NCBI GenBank assembly: GCA_963707215.1
Contig: CAVPPB010000001.1
Coordinates: 32,001 to 96,000, forward strand
Reading direction: 5' to 3'
Source: an uncultured Chloroflexia bacterium
Lineage (GTDB): Bacteria > Chloroflexota > Limnocylindria > Limnocylindrales > CSP1-4
Length of the DNA stretch: 64,000 nt
Part shown: positions 30,557 to 40,216 of the stretch, piece after piece
Layout of the letters: the number at the start of each line of letters is the position of its first letter
Position numbering within the stretch: the stretch's first letter is position 1
Translations under genes and position numbers: made by a program
Notes under the pieces: model-generated
What the model was told of the DNA's origin: nothing
The model's input: the letters and a program-made list of their open reading frames with translations, nothing else
The model's database searches: none

Positions 30557-31417
30557 CTACGGTAGCACAGGGAGTCGGAGCGACCAGTCCCGGGCGGCCG
30601 CCGCGACGCGTTCGCCAGGGTCCCCTGCGGGGTCGTCCGGGAGTGCCCCCGAGATGCCGCGCGAGACATTGACCAGCAGGCTCCCGCCGGGACGCCGGGA
30701 CGGCGACCCGGGTGCCGTCGGGCCGGCGTTGAGGACGGGCCCCTCGGACCCACCCTGGGCGCCCACGCCGGGGACCAGGAAGGGCAGCGCGGGAGCCGCT
30801 GCCCGGATGGCGGCAAGCTCGGCTGGGGCCGTGGCACCGACAACGAGGCCGACGGTCCCACCCGGTCCCCAACCGGCGACAGCCCTGGCGACGACGAGAT
30901 GGAGCGGCTCAGCCCCAGGGCCGACCCCATCGCCGACCGCGAGATCCTGCACCTCACCGGCTCCCGGGTTGGACGTCCGACAGAGAACGTAGGCGAACCG
31001 ATCCGGTCGATCGATGAGTGGACCGATCGCCTCACCACCCAGGTAAGGGTTGACGGTGATGGCGTCCGCGCCAAGGGCGTCGTAGAGGGCCGCCGCCTGG
31101 CGCTCCGCTGTGCTGCCGATGTCGGCCCGTTTCGCGTCGGCGATGAACGGGATCGTCGGCGGGACGACGGCCCGGATGCGCTCCAGCACCGCCAGCCCGG
31201 CCGAACCGTGAGCCTCGAAGAAGGCCAGGTTCGCCTTGAATGCCGATGCGACGTCGGCGGAAGCTGCGACGATCAGCCTGCTGAACGCCTCGATGCCGGC
31301 CAGGTCACGGGAGAAGCCGGCCGGCAGGGCATCGGGGTGAGGATCGAGGCCGACGCACAGGACCGTGCCCACGGCCGCCTGGCGCCGGGCCAGCCGATCG
31401 AGGTACGGCGCGGTCAT
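30557..31417 (-). CDS. pyrF: Orotidine-5'-phosphate decarboxylase (type 2)
   Basis: LCVGLDP, DAKRADIGST, VNPYLG, LCRTSNPG, LVVGAT, LVPGVGAQGG and VNVSRGI motifs. Confidence 0.95.
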   Translation of the reverse strand: MTAPYLDRLARRQAAVGTVLCVGLDPHPDALPAGFSRDLAGIEAFSRLIVAASADVASAFKANLAFFEAHGSAGLAVLERIRAVVPPTIPFIADAKRADIGSTAERQAAALYDALGADAITVNPYLGGEAIGPLIDRPDRFAYVLCRTSNPGAGEVQDLAVGDGVGPGAEPLHLVVARAVAGWGPGGTVGLVVGATAPAELAAIRAAAPALPFLVPGVGAQGGSEGPVLNAGPTAPGSPSRRPGGSLLVNVSRGISGALPDDPAGDPGERVAAAARDWSLRLPVLP

Positions 31418-32655
31418 GGGCTCGGCGAGGGCGATGGCGCGACCGACGGCGAGGGCGAGGGAGAGGGCGCCGGGAGCTCGCTCGGCGGGATCCACCAGGT
31501 CGGCCGAGACGCCCCGTCCAGGCCGGAGACCTGCGTCAGGTCGATCGTCTCGACGACCTCGAAGGCGGGTCCGGTGCCCTCGACGGTGACCATCCGGAGG
31601 TCGACCAGCTGGCCCTCGATGTGGTGGAACGCGATCGCGTCGCCGCGCGGCGACCAGGCCGGCGACCAGGAGTCGCCGTCGTCGGTCACCCGGAGGACCT
31701 CGGAGCCGTCACGCGCATCGAGGATCACGACGTCCGTGCCGAAGGACGTCGCCTTCGTCGCAGCGATCCAGAGCCCGTCCGGGGAGTAGGTCGGGGCGAG
31801 GTAGCCCGGACCGGTCACCTGGGCGAACTTGGCGTTGGCGGGATCATGGCGCCAGATCGATGGGGCGCCGCGACGGCCATCCCGATCGTTTCGAGCGTAG
31901 ACGAGGACGGTGCCCCGCGGATGCCAGGATGGGTCCTGGTGCCCGAGTGGTGGCGTCTCCGGCACGTCGGCCCGGGTCAGCCGCCTCGCCTCGAGGTCGA
32001 AGAACTGGAGCACGACGTTGCTGCTGGTCGGATCCGGTCCATCGGAGAGGATCGCCAGCTGGTCCGGGTCGGCCGGGTTCGGGGTCGGCTGGCGAAGCCA
32101 GTAGAACCAGGTCAGGTCGCCCTTGCTGTACTCGCCGCTGGCGAGCTCCTCGACCGTCTCGCCGTCGGGCGAGATCCGCATCAGCAGCGGATAGCTCATG
32201 GTGTAGTAGACCGGGCGGCCGGTCAGCCCCGGCCAGAAGCCGCGGCCCGACTTGGTCCGGATGAAGTAGATCCACTCGCCGTCGGGCGACCAGGCGGGGT
32301 CGGAATCGTCCTCGCCCGAGGTGAGCTGGCGGGCGGTCGAGCCGCTCTGGATCCAGAGGCTGCCCTGCTTGACGTAGACGATGCTGCCCGGCACGTCGGC
32401 TCGCGGATCCTTGGGGACCACGACGACGTTCGATGGCGCCGGGGTGGCGTCAGGCCCGGGGCCTCCGGCGCCGTTGCCACCCGACCCACCGCCGACGAAT
32501 GGCAGGTTCCCATTCATCAACCCGAGCGTGAGGACCGCGACGATGACCAGCCCCCCGAACGCGAGCAGGGGCCCGAGCGGCGCGCCTGCAGGGAACAGGC
32601 CGTACGGATCGCGCGGGGTCCGGCGCCGGGGCGCGGGGGCGGAGCGTCGCGTCAT
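31414..32655 (-). CDS. Membrane-anchored TolB-like (PD40) beta-propeller protein
   Basis: N-terminal TM, repeats DPAWSPDG, DPSWHPRG, PTYSPDG and SPAWSPRG, and a Pro/Ser tail. Confidence 0.85.
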   Translation of the reverse strand: MTRRSAPAPRRRTPRDPYGLFPAGAPLGPLLAFGGLVIVAVLTLGLMNGNLPFVGGGSGGNGAGGPGPDATPAPSNVVVVPKDPRADVPGSIVYVKQGSLWIQSGSTARQLTSGEDDSDPAWSPDGEWIYFIRTKSGRGFWPGLTGRPVYYTMSYPLLMRISPDGETVEELASGEYSKGDLTWFYWLRQPTPNPADPDQLAILSDGPDPTSSNVVLQFFDLEARRLTRADVPETPPLGHQDPSWHPRGTVLVYARNDRDGRRGAPSIWRHDPANAKFAQVTGPGYLAPTYSPDGLWIAATKATSFGTDVVILDARDGSEVLRVTDDGDSWSPAWSPRGDAIAFHHIEGQLVDLRMVTVEGTGPAFEVVETIDLTQVSGLDGASRPTWWIPPSELPAPSPSPSPSVAPSPSPSP

Positions 32656-34427
32656 CGAGGTTCCCCGTGGAGCAGCGCCGCCTCGGCGGCGACCGGCCCT
32701 CTCGACGGATCGAGGTGGCTCGCCGTGACGCCCGATCCCCCCGCTGGGCCGACGTCACGGACGTCCAGCTGCAGGGACTCGAACCCCCCGAACGCCCGGC
32801 TCGCGAGTCGCGCCACCACGTCGACGCGTTCGCCCTCGATCAGCGATCCCGCCAGATCGGACCGTCCGAAGGCGATCCCATCAAGGACATCCGGGTCGCG
32901 GCGCAGGACGAGCTGCGTGTGGCCGCCGTTGGCGGGCCGGACGCGGGAGACTTCGAGGTCGAGGACGACGACGAGCGGCTCCGGGTTGCCCGGCCCGAAT
33001 GGACCGAGCCGCCGGAGCTCATGGACCAGCGGGTAGTCGACACGACGGGCCGGCAGCGCGAGATCGACGGCCAGGGTCGCGGGCGCCGGTCCGGGCATCG
33101 TCGCACCGGCGAGCGCCAGGAACCGGGCCCGGAGCTCGTCCCAGCGGTCGGCGGCGACCTCGAAACCGGCGGCGCCCGAATGGCCACCGTGCCGGATGAG
33201 CAGGTCGTCGAGGCTCGCGAGCAGGGCGGCGAGGTCGAATCCCGGACCGCTCCGGCAGGACGCGCGGACGATGGGCCCCTGGTCGCTGCCGACGATCGCC
33301 GGACGCCCGGAGTCCTCGGCGAGGCGCGAGGCGACCAGGCCGACCACGCCGACCGGCCACGGGCCCCGGACCATGACCGCCGCCTCACCTGGGTCCCCGG
33401 CGATCGCCCGTGCCTCGTCGATCGCCTGGCGGGTGAGCTCCCTGCGGGTGGTGTTGGCAGCCTCGAGCGTATCGGCGTGGGCCGCCGCCTCGTCCGGCGT
33501 GTCCGCGAGCAGCAGCCGGGCCGCATCGAGCGCATCGCCGACCCGACCGGCGGCGTTGAGGCGTGGGGCGATGACGAAGCCGACGGCCTCAAGGTCGACG
33601 GTCTCCGCCGGTGTCCGAGCGCGCTCGAGCAGCGCCGCGAGGCCGGGCCGCGGCCCGGACCGGATCCGCTCGAGGCCGAGCTGGGCGATCGCTCGGTTCT
33701 CGCCGACGAGGGGTGCCATGTCCGAGACGGTACCGATGGTCGCCAGGTCGGCGAGATCGATGGCGGCCTCGGGCCCACCGGGCTCATCGGCCAGGATGAG
33801 CTGGGCGACCTTGAAGGCGACCCCGCTGCCGGTCAGGCGACGATCCGGATACGTCGCATCGGTACGGTGCGGGTTGACGACAGCGACGGCCGGCGGCGGT
33901 GCTGCGGGCATCCGGTGATGGTCGGTCACCAGCACGTCGATGCCTCGCGCCGACGCCGCCTCGATCTCACGGCCGCTGGTGCTGCCGCAGTCGACGGTGA
34001 CGATGACGGTCGCACCGAGCGTGGCAGCTGCCTCCACCGCAGCGAGTGAGAGACCGTGACCCTCCCCGGTCCGGTCGGGCACGTACGGGATCGCTTCGAC
34101 GCCGAGCCGCCCGAGCGCCAGGACCAGGATCGCCAACCCCGTCAGGCCGTCGGCATCGAAGTCGCCGACCACCAGGACCCGCTCGCCGTCTCGTCGCACC
34201 CGCCGGACCCGCTCGAGCACCAGGGCCGCGTCCGGCAGGCGGCCCGGGTCGTGAAGGCCGACGCGAGGCTCTGCGAAGAACGAGGCCATCTCATCGGGAC
34301 CCACGATCCCGCGGCCAGCCAGGACGGTCACGGCGGGCGGGCCGAGGCCGATGGCGGCACCCGCCTCCAGGAGGGCCACCGACGGTGCGGCCTCCGGCAG
34401 GACCCAGCGGAAACGAGGTTCGATCAC
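32652..34427 (-). CDS. recJ: ssDNA exonuclease RecJ
   Basis: GDFDADG, VTVDCG, VTDHH, GTVSD, PRLNAAGR, GGHSGAAG and PFGPGNPEP motifs. Confidence 0.95.
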   Translation of the reverse strand: MIEPRFRWVLPEAAPSVALLEAGAAIGLGPPAVTVLAGRGIVGPDEMASFFAEPRVGLHDPGRLPDAALVLERVRRVRRDGERVLVVGDFDADGLTGLAILVLALGRLGVEAIPYVPDRTGEGHGLSLAAVEAAATLGATVIVTVDCGSTSGREIEAASARGIDVLVTDHHRMPAAPPPAVAVVNPHRTDATYPDRRLTGSGVAFKVAQLILADEPGGPEAAIDLADLATIGTVSDMAPLVGENRAIAQLGLERIRSGPRPGLAALLERARTPAETVDLEAVGFVIAPRLNAAGRVGDALDAARLLLADTPDEAAAHADTLEAANTTRRELTRQAIDEARAIAGDPGEAAVMVRGPWPVGVVGLVASRLAEDSGRPAIVGSDQGPIVRASCRSGPGFDLAALLASLDDLLIRHGGHSGAAGFEVAADRWDELRARFLALAGATMPGPAPATLAVDLALPARRVDYPLVHELRRLGPFGPGNPEPLVVVLDLEVSRVRPANGGHTQLVLRRDPDVLDGIAFGRSDLAGSLIEGERVDVVARLASRAFGGFESLQLDVRDVGPAGGSGVTASHLDPSRGPVAAEAALLHGEPR

Positions 34428-34479
34428 GGGGTCAGCATACGGCGGGGACCTTCACGGCGCCTTCGCCGTGGGCTGGACA

Positions 34480-35601
34480 TCAGGCCGTGGTCGTGCGGAC
34501 CGGCCGGGACCGCGGGACCCGACCGTGCCGACGGTCCTCCCAGTCCTGCCACTCGACCAGGATCGGGCTGGCCACGAAGATCGAGGAGTAGGTCCCCGAG
34601 ACGATCCCGATGAGCAGGGCCAGCACGAAGTTGGTGATCGACGGCCCGGCGAAGAGCAGCAGCGACAGCAAGGTCAGGATGACGGTGAAGCTGGTCATCA
34701 GGGATCGGCCGAGGGTCTGCAGGACCGAGTGGTTGACGATCTGGGCGAACGGCTCGCCGGCGTGACGGGCGCGATTCTCGCGGACGCGGTCGAAGACGAC
34801 GATCGTGTCGTGAACGCTGAAGCCGATGACCGTCAGCATCGCGGTCACGAACAGGCCGTCGACCTGGACCCGCAGGAAGGTGCCCAGGATCGCGAAGATC
34901 CCGAGGACCACCAGGACGTCGTGGACGAGGGCGATGAGCGCCGAGACGCCGAACTTCACGTCGTGGAAGCGGATGGTGATCCAGAGCAGGATGCCCAGCG
35001 AACCGATCGCGATGAGCAGCAGCGCCTGCTGGATCAGATCGGCCGAGACGATCGGACCGATGGTGGTGAGGACCGCCTGCTCGAAGGGGCCGTAGGTGTC
35101 CTCGAGGTCGGCCGCGATCTCGCCGAGCTGGCCGCTGGTCGGGATCTGGCCGGCTCCGGGAGCGATCGGCGAAGGGCTGGGCTCGGGAGAGGCCGAGGGG
35201 CTGGGCTCGGGAGAGGCCGAGGGACTAGGCGACGCGCTGCCCTGCGGCTCCGCCGCGGCGGACGGCCGCGGCGACGCTCCGGGGGATGGGCTGGGCAGCG
35301 GCGTCGGAGCCTCCTGCAGGTCCAGAGGCTCGGTCCGGATGTCGAGGAAGCCCTCGGCGGTCGTGGCCACGGTCGTGCCGGCGAGGCCCCGCTCCAGGAA
35401 GACCGCCTTCACGTCGTCGGGGCTGACGGACTCGTCGTCGAAGCGGATGACCCACTGGGTGCCACCCGTGTAGTCGATCGAGAATTGGAGGCCGATCGCA
35501 CCGCCGGAGATGGGCGTAAGGAGGATGAAGACGAGGCCAGGGATGGTCACCAGGGCCGAGAACAGGAAGAACCAGCGACGCTTGCCGACGATGTCAAACA
35601 C
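34480..35601 (-). CDS. secF: Protein translocase subunit SecF
   Basis: SIDYTGGT, ALVHDV, IGFSVHDTIVVFDRVRE, QTLGRS and GTYSSIFVASP motifs. GTG start. Confidence 0.95.
   Translation of the reverse strand: MFDIVGKRRWFFLFSALVTIPGLVFILLTPISGGAIGLQFSIDYTGGTQWVIRFDDESVSPDDVKAVFLERGLAGTTVATTAEGFLDIRTEPLDLQEAPTPLPSPSPGASPRPSAAAEPQGSASPSPSASPEPSPSASPEPSPSPIAPGAGQIPTSGQLGEIAADLEDTYGPFEQAVLTTIGPIVSADLIQQALLLIAIGSLGILLWITIRFHDVKFGVSALIALVHDVLVVLGIFAILGTFLRVQVDGLFVTAMLTVIGFSVHDTIVVFDRVRENRARHAGEPFAQIVNHSVLQTLGRSLMTSFTVILTLLSLLLFAGPSITNFVLALLIGIVSGTYSSIFVASPILVEWQDWEDRRHGRVPRSRPVRTTTA
35174..35221. repeat. Exact 24-nt tandem duplication within secF (encodes SASPEPSP twice)
   Basis: GGGCTGGGCTCGGGAGAGGCCGAG occurs twice in tandem. 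Confidence 0.85.
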
Positions 35602-36955
35602 GGCTGGTCGCCTCTGCGCGCCGGGTCGGGCGGGCGGTCGGCCGGGCCACGAACTCCTCGTCGGACACGCCGTAGTACGAGGCTTTCTGGAAGGTCCGCC
35701 GCGAGACAACCCAGCGGAGGACCGTCCGGCTGACCGTGATCGCAGTGAACATCGAGATCAGGACACCGATGATCAGCACCAGGGCGAAGCCGCGGATCAC
35801 CGAGGTCCCGACGGTGAAGAGGATGGTCGCCGTGATCAGGCTCGACACGTTCGAATCGAAGATCGAGTTCCAGGCCCGGTTGAAGCCGGCCTCCGTCGCG
35901 GCGGACAGCGACTTGCCGGCGCGCAGCTCCTCCTTCATCCGCTCGAAGATCAGGATGTTGGCGTCGACCGCCATGCCGACCGAGAGGACGAAGCCGGCGA
36001 TGCCGGCCAGGGTGAGGGTGACCGGGACGAGCCGGAAGATGGCCAGGACGAGGACCGTGTAGTAGGCCAGCGCCCCGACCGCGACCACGCCCGGGAGCCG
36101 GTAGTGGAGGATCATCAGGAGCGCGACCAGGAGGATCCCGACGAGGGCAGCAAGGACCCCCTGCTGAAGGAAGGCGTCGCCGAGGGTCGGGGCGATCGTC
36201 TCGTAGGCCGCCTCCTGGACCGGGAACGGCAGTGAGCCGTACCGGAGGACGGTGATGAGGCTGTTGGCTTCGTCGGCCGAGAAGCCCCCGGCGCCGCCGG
36301 CAGTGATCTGGCCCTCGCCATTGGTGATCGGGCTCTGGATGACCGGGGCAGAGACGATCGTCCCGTCGAGGACGATGGCGAACTGGTTGCCGACGTTGTT
36401 CGAGGTGTACTCGGCGAAGAGCGCGGCGCCCTCGGACTTCAGGGTGAACGAGACTGCCAGGCCACCGAACTGGTCGGTCCCGGCCGCCGCGTTGCTGACC
36501 TGATCGCCGGAGAACAGCGGCGGGTACTGCTCGAGATCGATGGCCTGGCCCTGGGCGACCTGGTTGCCGGGCGGGATGGGCACGAACTCGACCCGACCGG
36601 TCTGGCCGACGAGGTCGCGGACGATCTGCGGGTTGTCGACGCCAGGCAGCTCGACGACGATCCGGTCGGCGCCCTGGGTCTGGACGACCGGCTCCGCCAC
36701 GCCGACGGCATTCACCCGCTGCTCCATGATGTCGCGGATGACCGCCATGTCCGACTGGGTCGGGGCCTGACCCTCGACCGGCTGGGCCTGGTAGACGACC
36801 CGGAGACCTCCCTCGAGATCGAGGCCGAGCTTCGTCTCGAGCGTCCGGGGACCGCCGTCGGGCCCGCCGAAGGGCACCGTCAGACCCGGCACGAAGCTGA
36901 AGACAAGGGCAGCGACGCCCACAAGGACGATCAGGATGGGGATAGCGCGGCGCAT
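35594..36955 (-). CDS. secD: Protein translocase subunit SecD
   Basis: KLGLDLEGG, GVAEPVVQ, AIVLDG, LRYGSLP, GMAVDANILIFERMKEE and DSNVSSLI motifs. Confidence 0.96.
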   Translation of the reverse strand: MRRAIPILIVLVGVAALVFSFVPGLTVPFGGPDGGPRTLETKLGLDLEGGLRVVYQAQPVEGQAPTQSDMAVIRDIMEQRVNAVGVAEPVVQTQGADRIVVELPGVDNPQIVRDLVGQTGRVEFVPIPPGNQVAQGQAIDLEQYPPLFSGDQVSNAAAGTDQFGGLAVSFTLKSEGAALFAEYTSNNVGNQFAIVLDGTIVSAPVIQSPITNGEGQITAGGAGGFSADEANSLITVLRYGSLPFPVQEAAYETIAPTLGDAFLQQGVLAALVGILLVALLMILHYRLPGVVAVGALAYYTVLVLAIFRLVPVTLTLAGIAGFVLSVGMAVDANILIFERMKEELRAGKSLSAATEAGFNRAWNSIFDSNVSSLITATILFTVGTSVIRGFALVLIIGVLISMFTAITVSRTVLRWVVSRRTFQKASYYGVSDEEFVARPTARPTRRAEATSRV

Positions 36956-37010
36956 CGGGGCGGGATGATACACGCTCGGCGGCGGCACCGCCGACGACGA
37001 GGAGACCGGC

Positions 37011-38871
37011 TCAGGACTCCAGGCCCGCTTTGATCCGGGCCGCCAGGGCCGGCCCGATCCCGGGCACCGCGGCGATCTGCTCGACGGGCGCCTCTCGGAC
37101 CCGCTTCGCCGACCCGAAGACCCGGAGGAGCGCCTGACGTCGCTTCGGCCCCACCCCTGCGAGCTCATCGAACGCCGATCGCGTGGCCCGCTTCGAGCGG
37201 AGCGACCGGTGGTACGTGATGGCGAACCGATGGGCCTCGTCCCGGAGGCGCTGGACGAGGTACAAGGCCGGTGACGTCGCCTCGAGCAGGATCGGCTCGC
37301 TGCGCCCCGGCAGGAAGAGCTCCTCGCGCTCCTTGGCCAGGCCGACGACCGGCAGATCGCCGAGCCCGGCCTCCGCCAGGACCGCCGCGGCGGCCCGTAC
37401 CTGGCCGCGACCGCCGTCGATCACGACGAGATCCGGCATCGCCCAGCGGCGCTCTTCCTCGACCCCCTCCTGGCCCGCCGCGGTCTGACGGAAGCGCCGC
37501 CGAAGGATCTCGCGGTGGCTGGCGACGTCGTCGGGGCGATCCGCCACCGAGCGGACCCGGAAGCGTCGGTACTCCGAGCGTGCGGGGCCGTCCCTCCGCG
37601 AACACGACCATCGAGCCGACCGTCTCGCGACCCTGGAACGTGCTGATGTCGTAGCACTCGATCCGCATCGGTGGGCCGGGCAGGTCGAGTGCCGTCGCCA
37701 GGCCCTCGAGCGCCGCCAGCGTCCGCCCCTCGTCCGCAAGCCAGCGGGCGTGCTCGCGGGCGAGCACCTCGGTGGCGTTCCGCTGGGCCAGCTCGAGGAG
37801 CTGACGCTTCTCGCCGCGACGCGGTACCGCCAGGCCGACCGAGGCGCCGCGACGCTCGGCCAGGAACGCCTCGAGTTCGGCCGTCTCCGCCGGCAGGGTC
37901 GGCACGAGGATCCGCGGCGGCACCGACGTGGCCCGCGTGTAGTACTGGAGCAGGAACGAACCGAGGACCTCCTCGTCCGAGGCCTCGCGCACCGCGTCGA
38001 GAAGGAAGACGTCCCGGCCGACCATCGCCCCGGCCCGGACGACGAAGAGCTGGATCGCCGCCTGGTTGTCCTGGCGAGCAAGCCCGAGGAGGTCGAGCTC
38101 GGTCCGGGCGAAGGCGGCCATCTTCTGGGACTCCATCGTCCGCTCGATCGCCCGCACCTTGTCGCGCAGGGCGGCGGCCCGCTCGAACTCCAGGCGCTCC
38201 GCAGCCGTCTCCATCTCAGATCGCAGCGCAGCGGCGACCGCTTCCTGGCGGCCCTCCAGGAAGAGCTCGATCTGAGCGATGTCGTCCCGGTAGGCGGCCC
38301 GATCGACGGCCTCGATGCAGGGCCCCTGGCAGCGCTTGATGTGGTACAGCAGGCAAGGCCGCTGGAGCGCCCGCTCCCCCTCGACGATCCGGATCGCGCA
38401 CGTCCGGAATGGGAAGAGCCGTCGGATCAGGTTCATCGCCTCGTCGACCGACGAGGCCGATGCATACGGCCCGAAGTAGCGCGAGCCGTCCTGGATGAGC
38501 TTGCGGGTCCGCTCGACCCGCGGGAAATCCTCGGCCGCGGTGATCCGGATGTAGGGGTAGCTCTTGTCGTCCTTGAGGCGGACGTTGAAGCGGGGCTGGT
38601 AGCGCTTGATCAGGTTGGCCTCGAGCAGGAGGGCTTCGGAGACCGAGTCGGTGACGGTCCACTCGAGGTCCACCACGCGATCGATGGCGGAGCGGATCCG
38701 CTGGCTGTCACCCGGCCCCCGACCGGAGGAGCGCTGCCAGTAGCTGCGGACCCGGCTCCGGAGGCGCTGCGCCTTGCCGACGTACAGGACCGTGCCGCGA
38801 CCGTCGCGCATGAGATAGACGCCCGGCCGGTCGGGCAGTCGCTTGAGGGTGGCCTGGAGCTCCGGCGTCAC
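37011..38871 (-). CDS. uvrC: Excinuclease ABC subunit C (frameshift near 37580)
   Basis: GIY-YIG (PGVYLM...YVGKA), UVR domain and RIECYDIS. A second frame continues YRRFR, PDLVVIDGGRGQ, LRDEAHRFA and the HhH motifs. Confidence 0.95.
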
Positions 38872-38937
38872 GCGCCGATGCTAGGGCACCGTTCCGCCCT
38901 CCGTCGCGGACCGCCGGTTCGCGGGCCGTCGCATCCG

Positions 38938-40032
38938 TCAGCGATCGGCCCGGGCGCCTCCCCCCGCCAAGGACGCGGAGTCGACCAGCCCGAACCCGCC
39001 CACCACGCGTCCGTCCAGGCGGACGTCGACCCGGAGACAGCCGGCGAGACCGGCCGTCCGGAGGTTGGCCGTCCAGCGGCCACCGGACAGCGCCAGCGAG
39101 GCCGGAGCCGATCGGGCCACCCCGGGGGAGCAGTCGCCGGGGACGAGGTCCACCCTCCCCTGCCGGATCGGCTGGCCCGCGCGCTCGAGATGGACCTTGA
39201 CCGGCAGCGTCCGGGCCCCTGGCAGGATCACCCCGGTACCGAGCCTGATCGGTGCCTCGAACCTGACCGTGACAGGCGTCTCGTACTGGACGGTCACGGT
39301 GAACCCGCCGGTCACGAGATGCCCGGCGCTGTCCTCGGTCGAGCAGTCGACCTCTGTCGTGCCCACCGGGAACCAGGATCCACTCGGCGGCGAGCAGGTG
39401 ACCGACGGACCCGGATCGTCCTCGGCGTCGGCCGCGGCGACGGCGAACTCGATGAAGGCACCCGCCGGGTCGGTCGTCAGGACGGTGAGGTCCTCCGGCA
39501 GGTGGAGGGTCGGCGGCTCGTCGGCACCGACCGAGAGGCGCAGGCGCACCTCGAGGAGGCTGGAGATGCCGGCGAGGGGCGACGGGGAGGTCGCCCGGAA
39601 GAGGATGACGTACTCGTACGGGCCGCCGACAGCCGACGGAGCCGTCAGGGTCACGGTCGCGGGGGGGACGGCTGCGGTCTCGGCCGGGCTCGAGCAGGGC
39701 ACGCCATCGGCCGGCCAGCTCGACGGTGGGCTGAAGGAGGTCCCAGCGACGACCGCGGCACCGCCCGTCGGGACCGTGACCCCGCCGAAGGGGGACAGGC
39801 TCACGACCTGGCCCTGGTCCAGGTGCGAGGTCCCGGAGCAGGTCAGGCGGAAGGCCACCGGCGCGATGAGCTGCGCGCCGGGCGCGACGCTGCCCAGGTC
39901 CACCAACTCCTGAGGGCCGGGATCGAGGGCGTCGCCGTCGGCGACGAGCGTGTCCGCTGCGGCCACCCCGGCCATGATGAGCGATGCCGCGACGGCCAGC
40001 CCGACTGCGCGACGCAAGGCCCGTGAGCGCAT
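38938..40032 (-). CDS. Secreted protein with HYR-like domain and C-terminal PxKF-like beta domain
   Basis: Signal peptide, HYR-like ADAEDD..VTCSPPSGSWFPVGTTEVDCSTEDSAG, and C-terminal RTLPVKV motif. Confidence 0.7.
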   Translation of the reverse strand: MRSRALRRAVGLAVAASLIMAGVAAADTLVADGDALDPGPQELVDLGSVAPGAQLIAPVAFRLTCSGTSHLDQGQVVSLSPFGGVTVPTGGAAVVAGTSFSPPSSWPADGVPCSSPAETAAVPPATVTLTAPSAVGGPYEYVILFRATSPSPLAGISSLLEVRLRLSVGADEPPTLHLPEDLTVLTTDPAGAFIEFAVAAADAEDDPGPSVTCSPPSGSWFPVGTTEVDCSTEDSAGHLVTGGFTVTVQYETPVTVRFEAPIRLGTGVILPGARTLPVKVHLERAGQPIRQGRVDLVPGDCSPGVARSAPASLALSGGRWTANLRTAGLAGCLRVDVRLDGRVVGGFGLVDSASLAGGGARADR

Positions 40033-40216
40033 GACGACCGACTCCTCCCCCGAACCCCCGGCGACGTGGTCCGGTCGATCGTCAGGTGGCGGCGCGCGGG
40101 CGTCGATGGGCCGATGGGGTCGCTCGGTGCGCGAGCGCGCCGCCCGTCCGTACCGGTGCGCCGACGCACGACGGCCGGCCCGCCCGGGCCGGCCGTCGTG
40201 GCGTGTGGAGCTGGGC

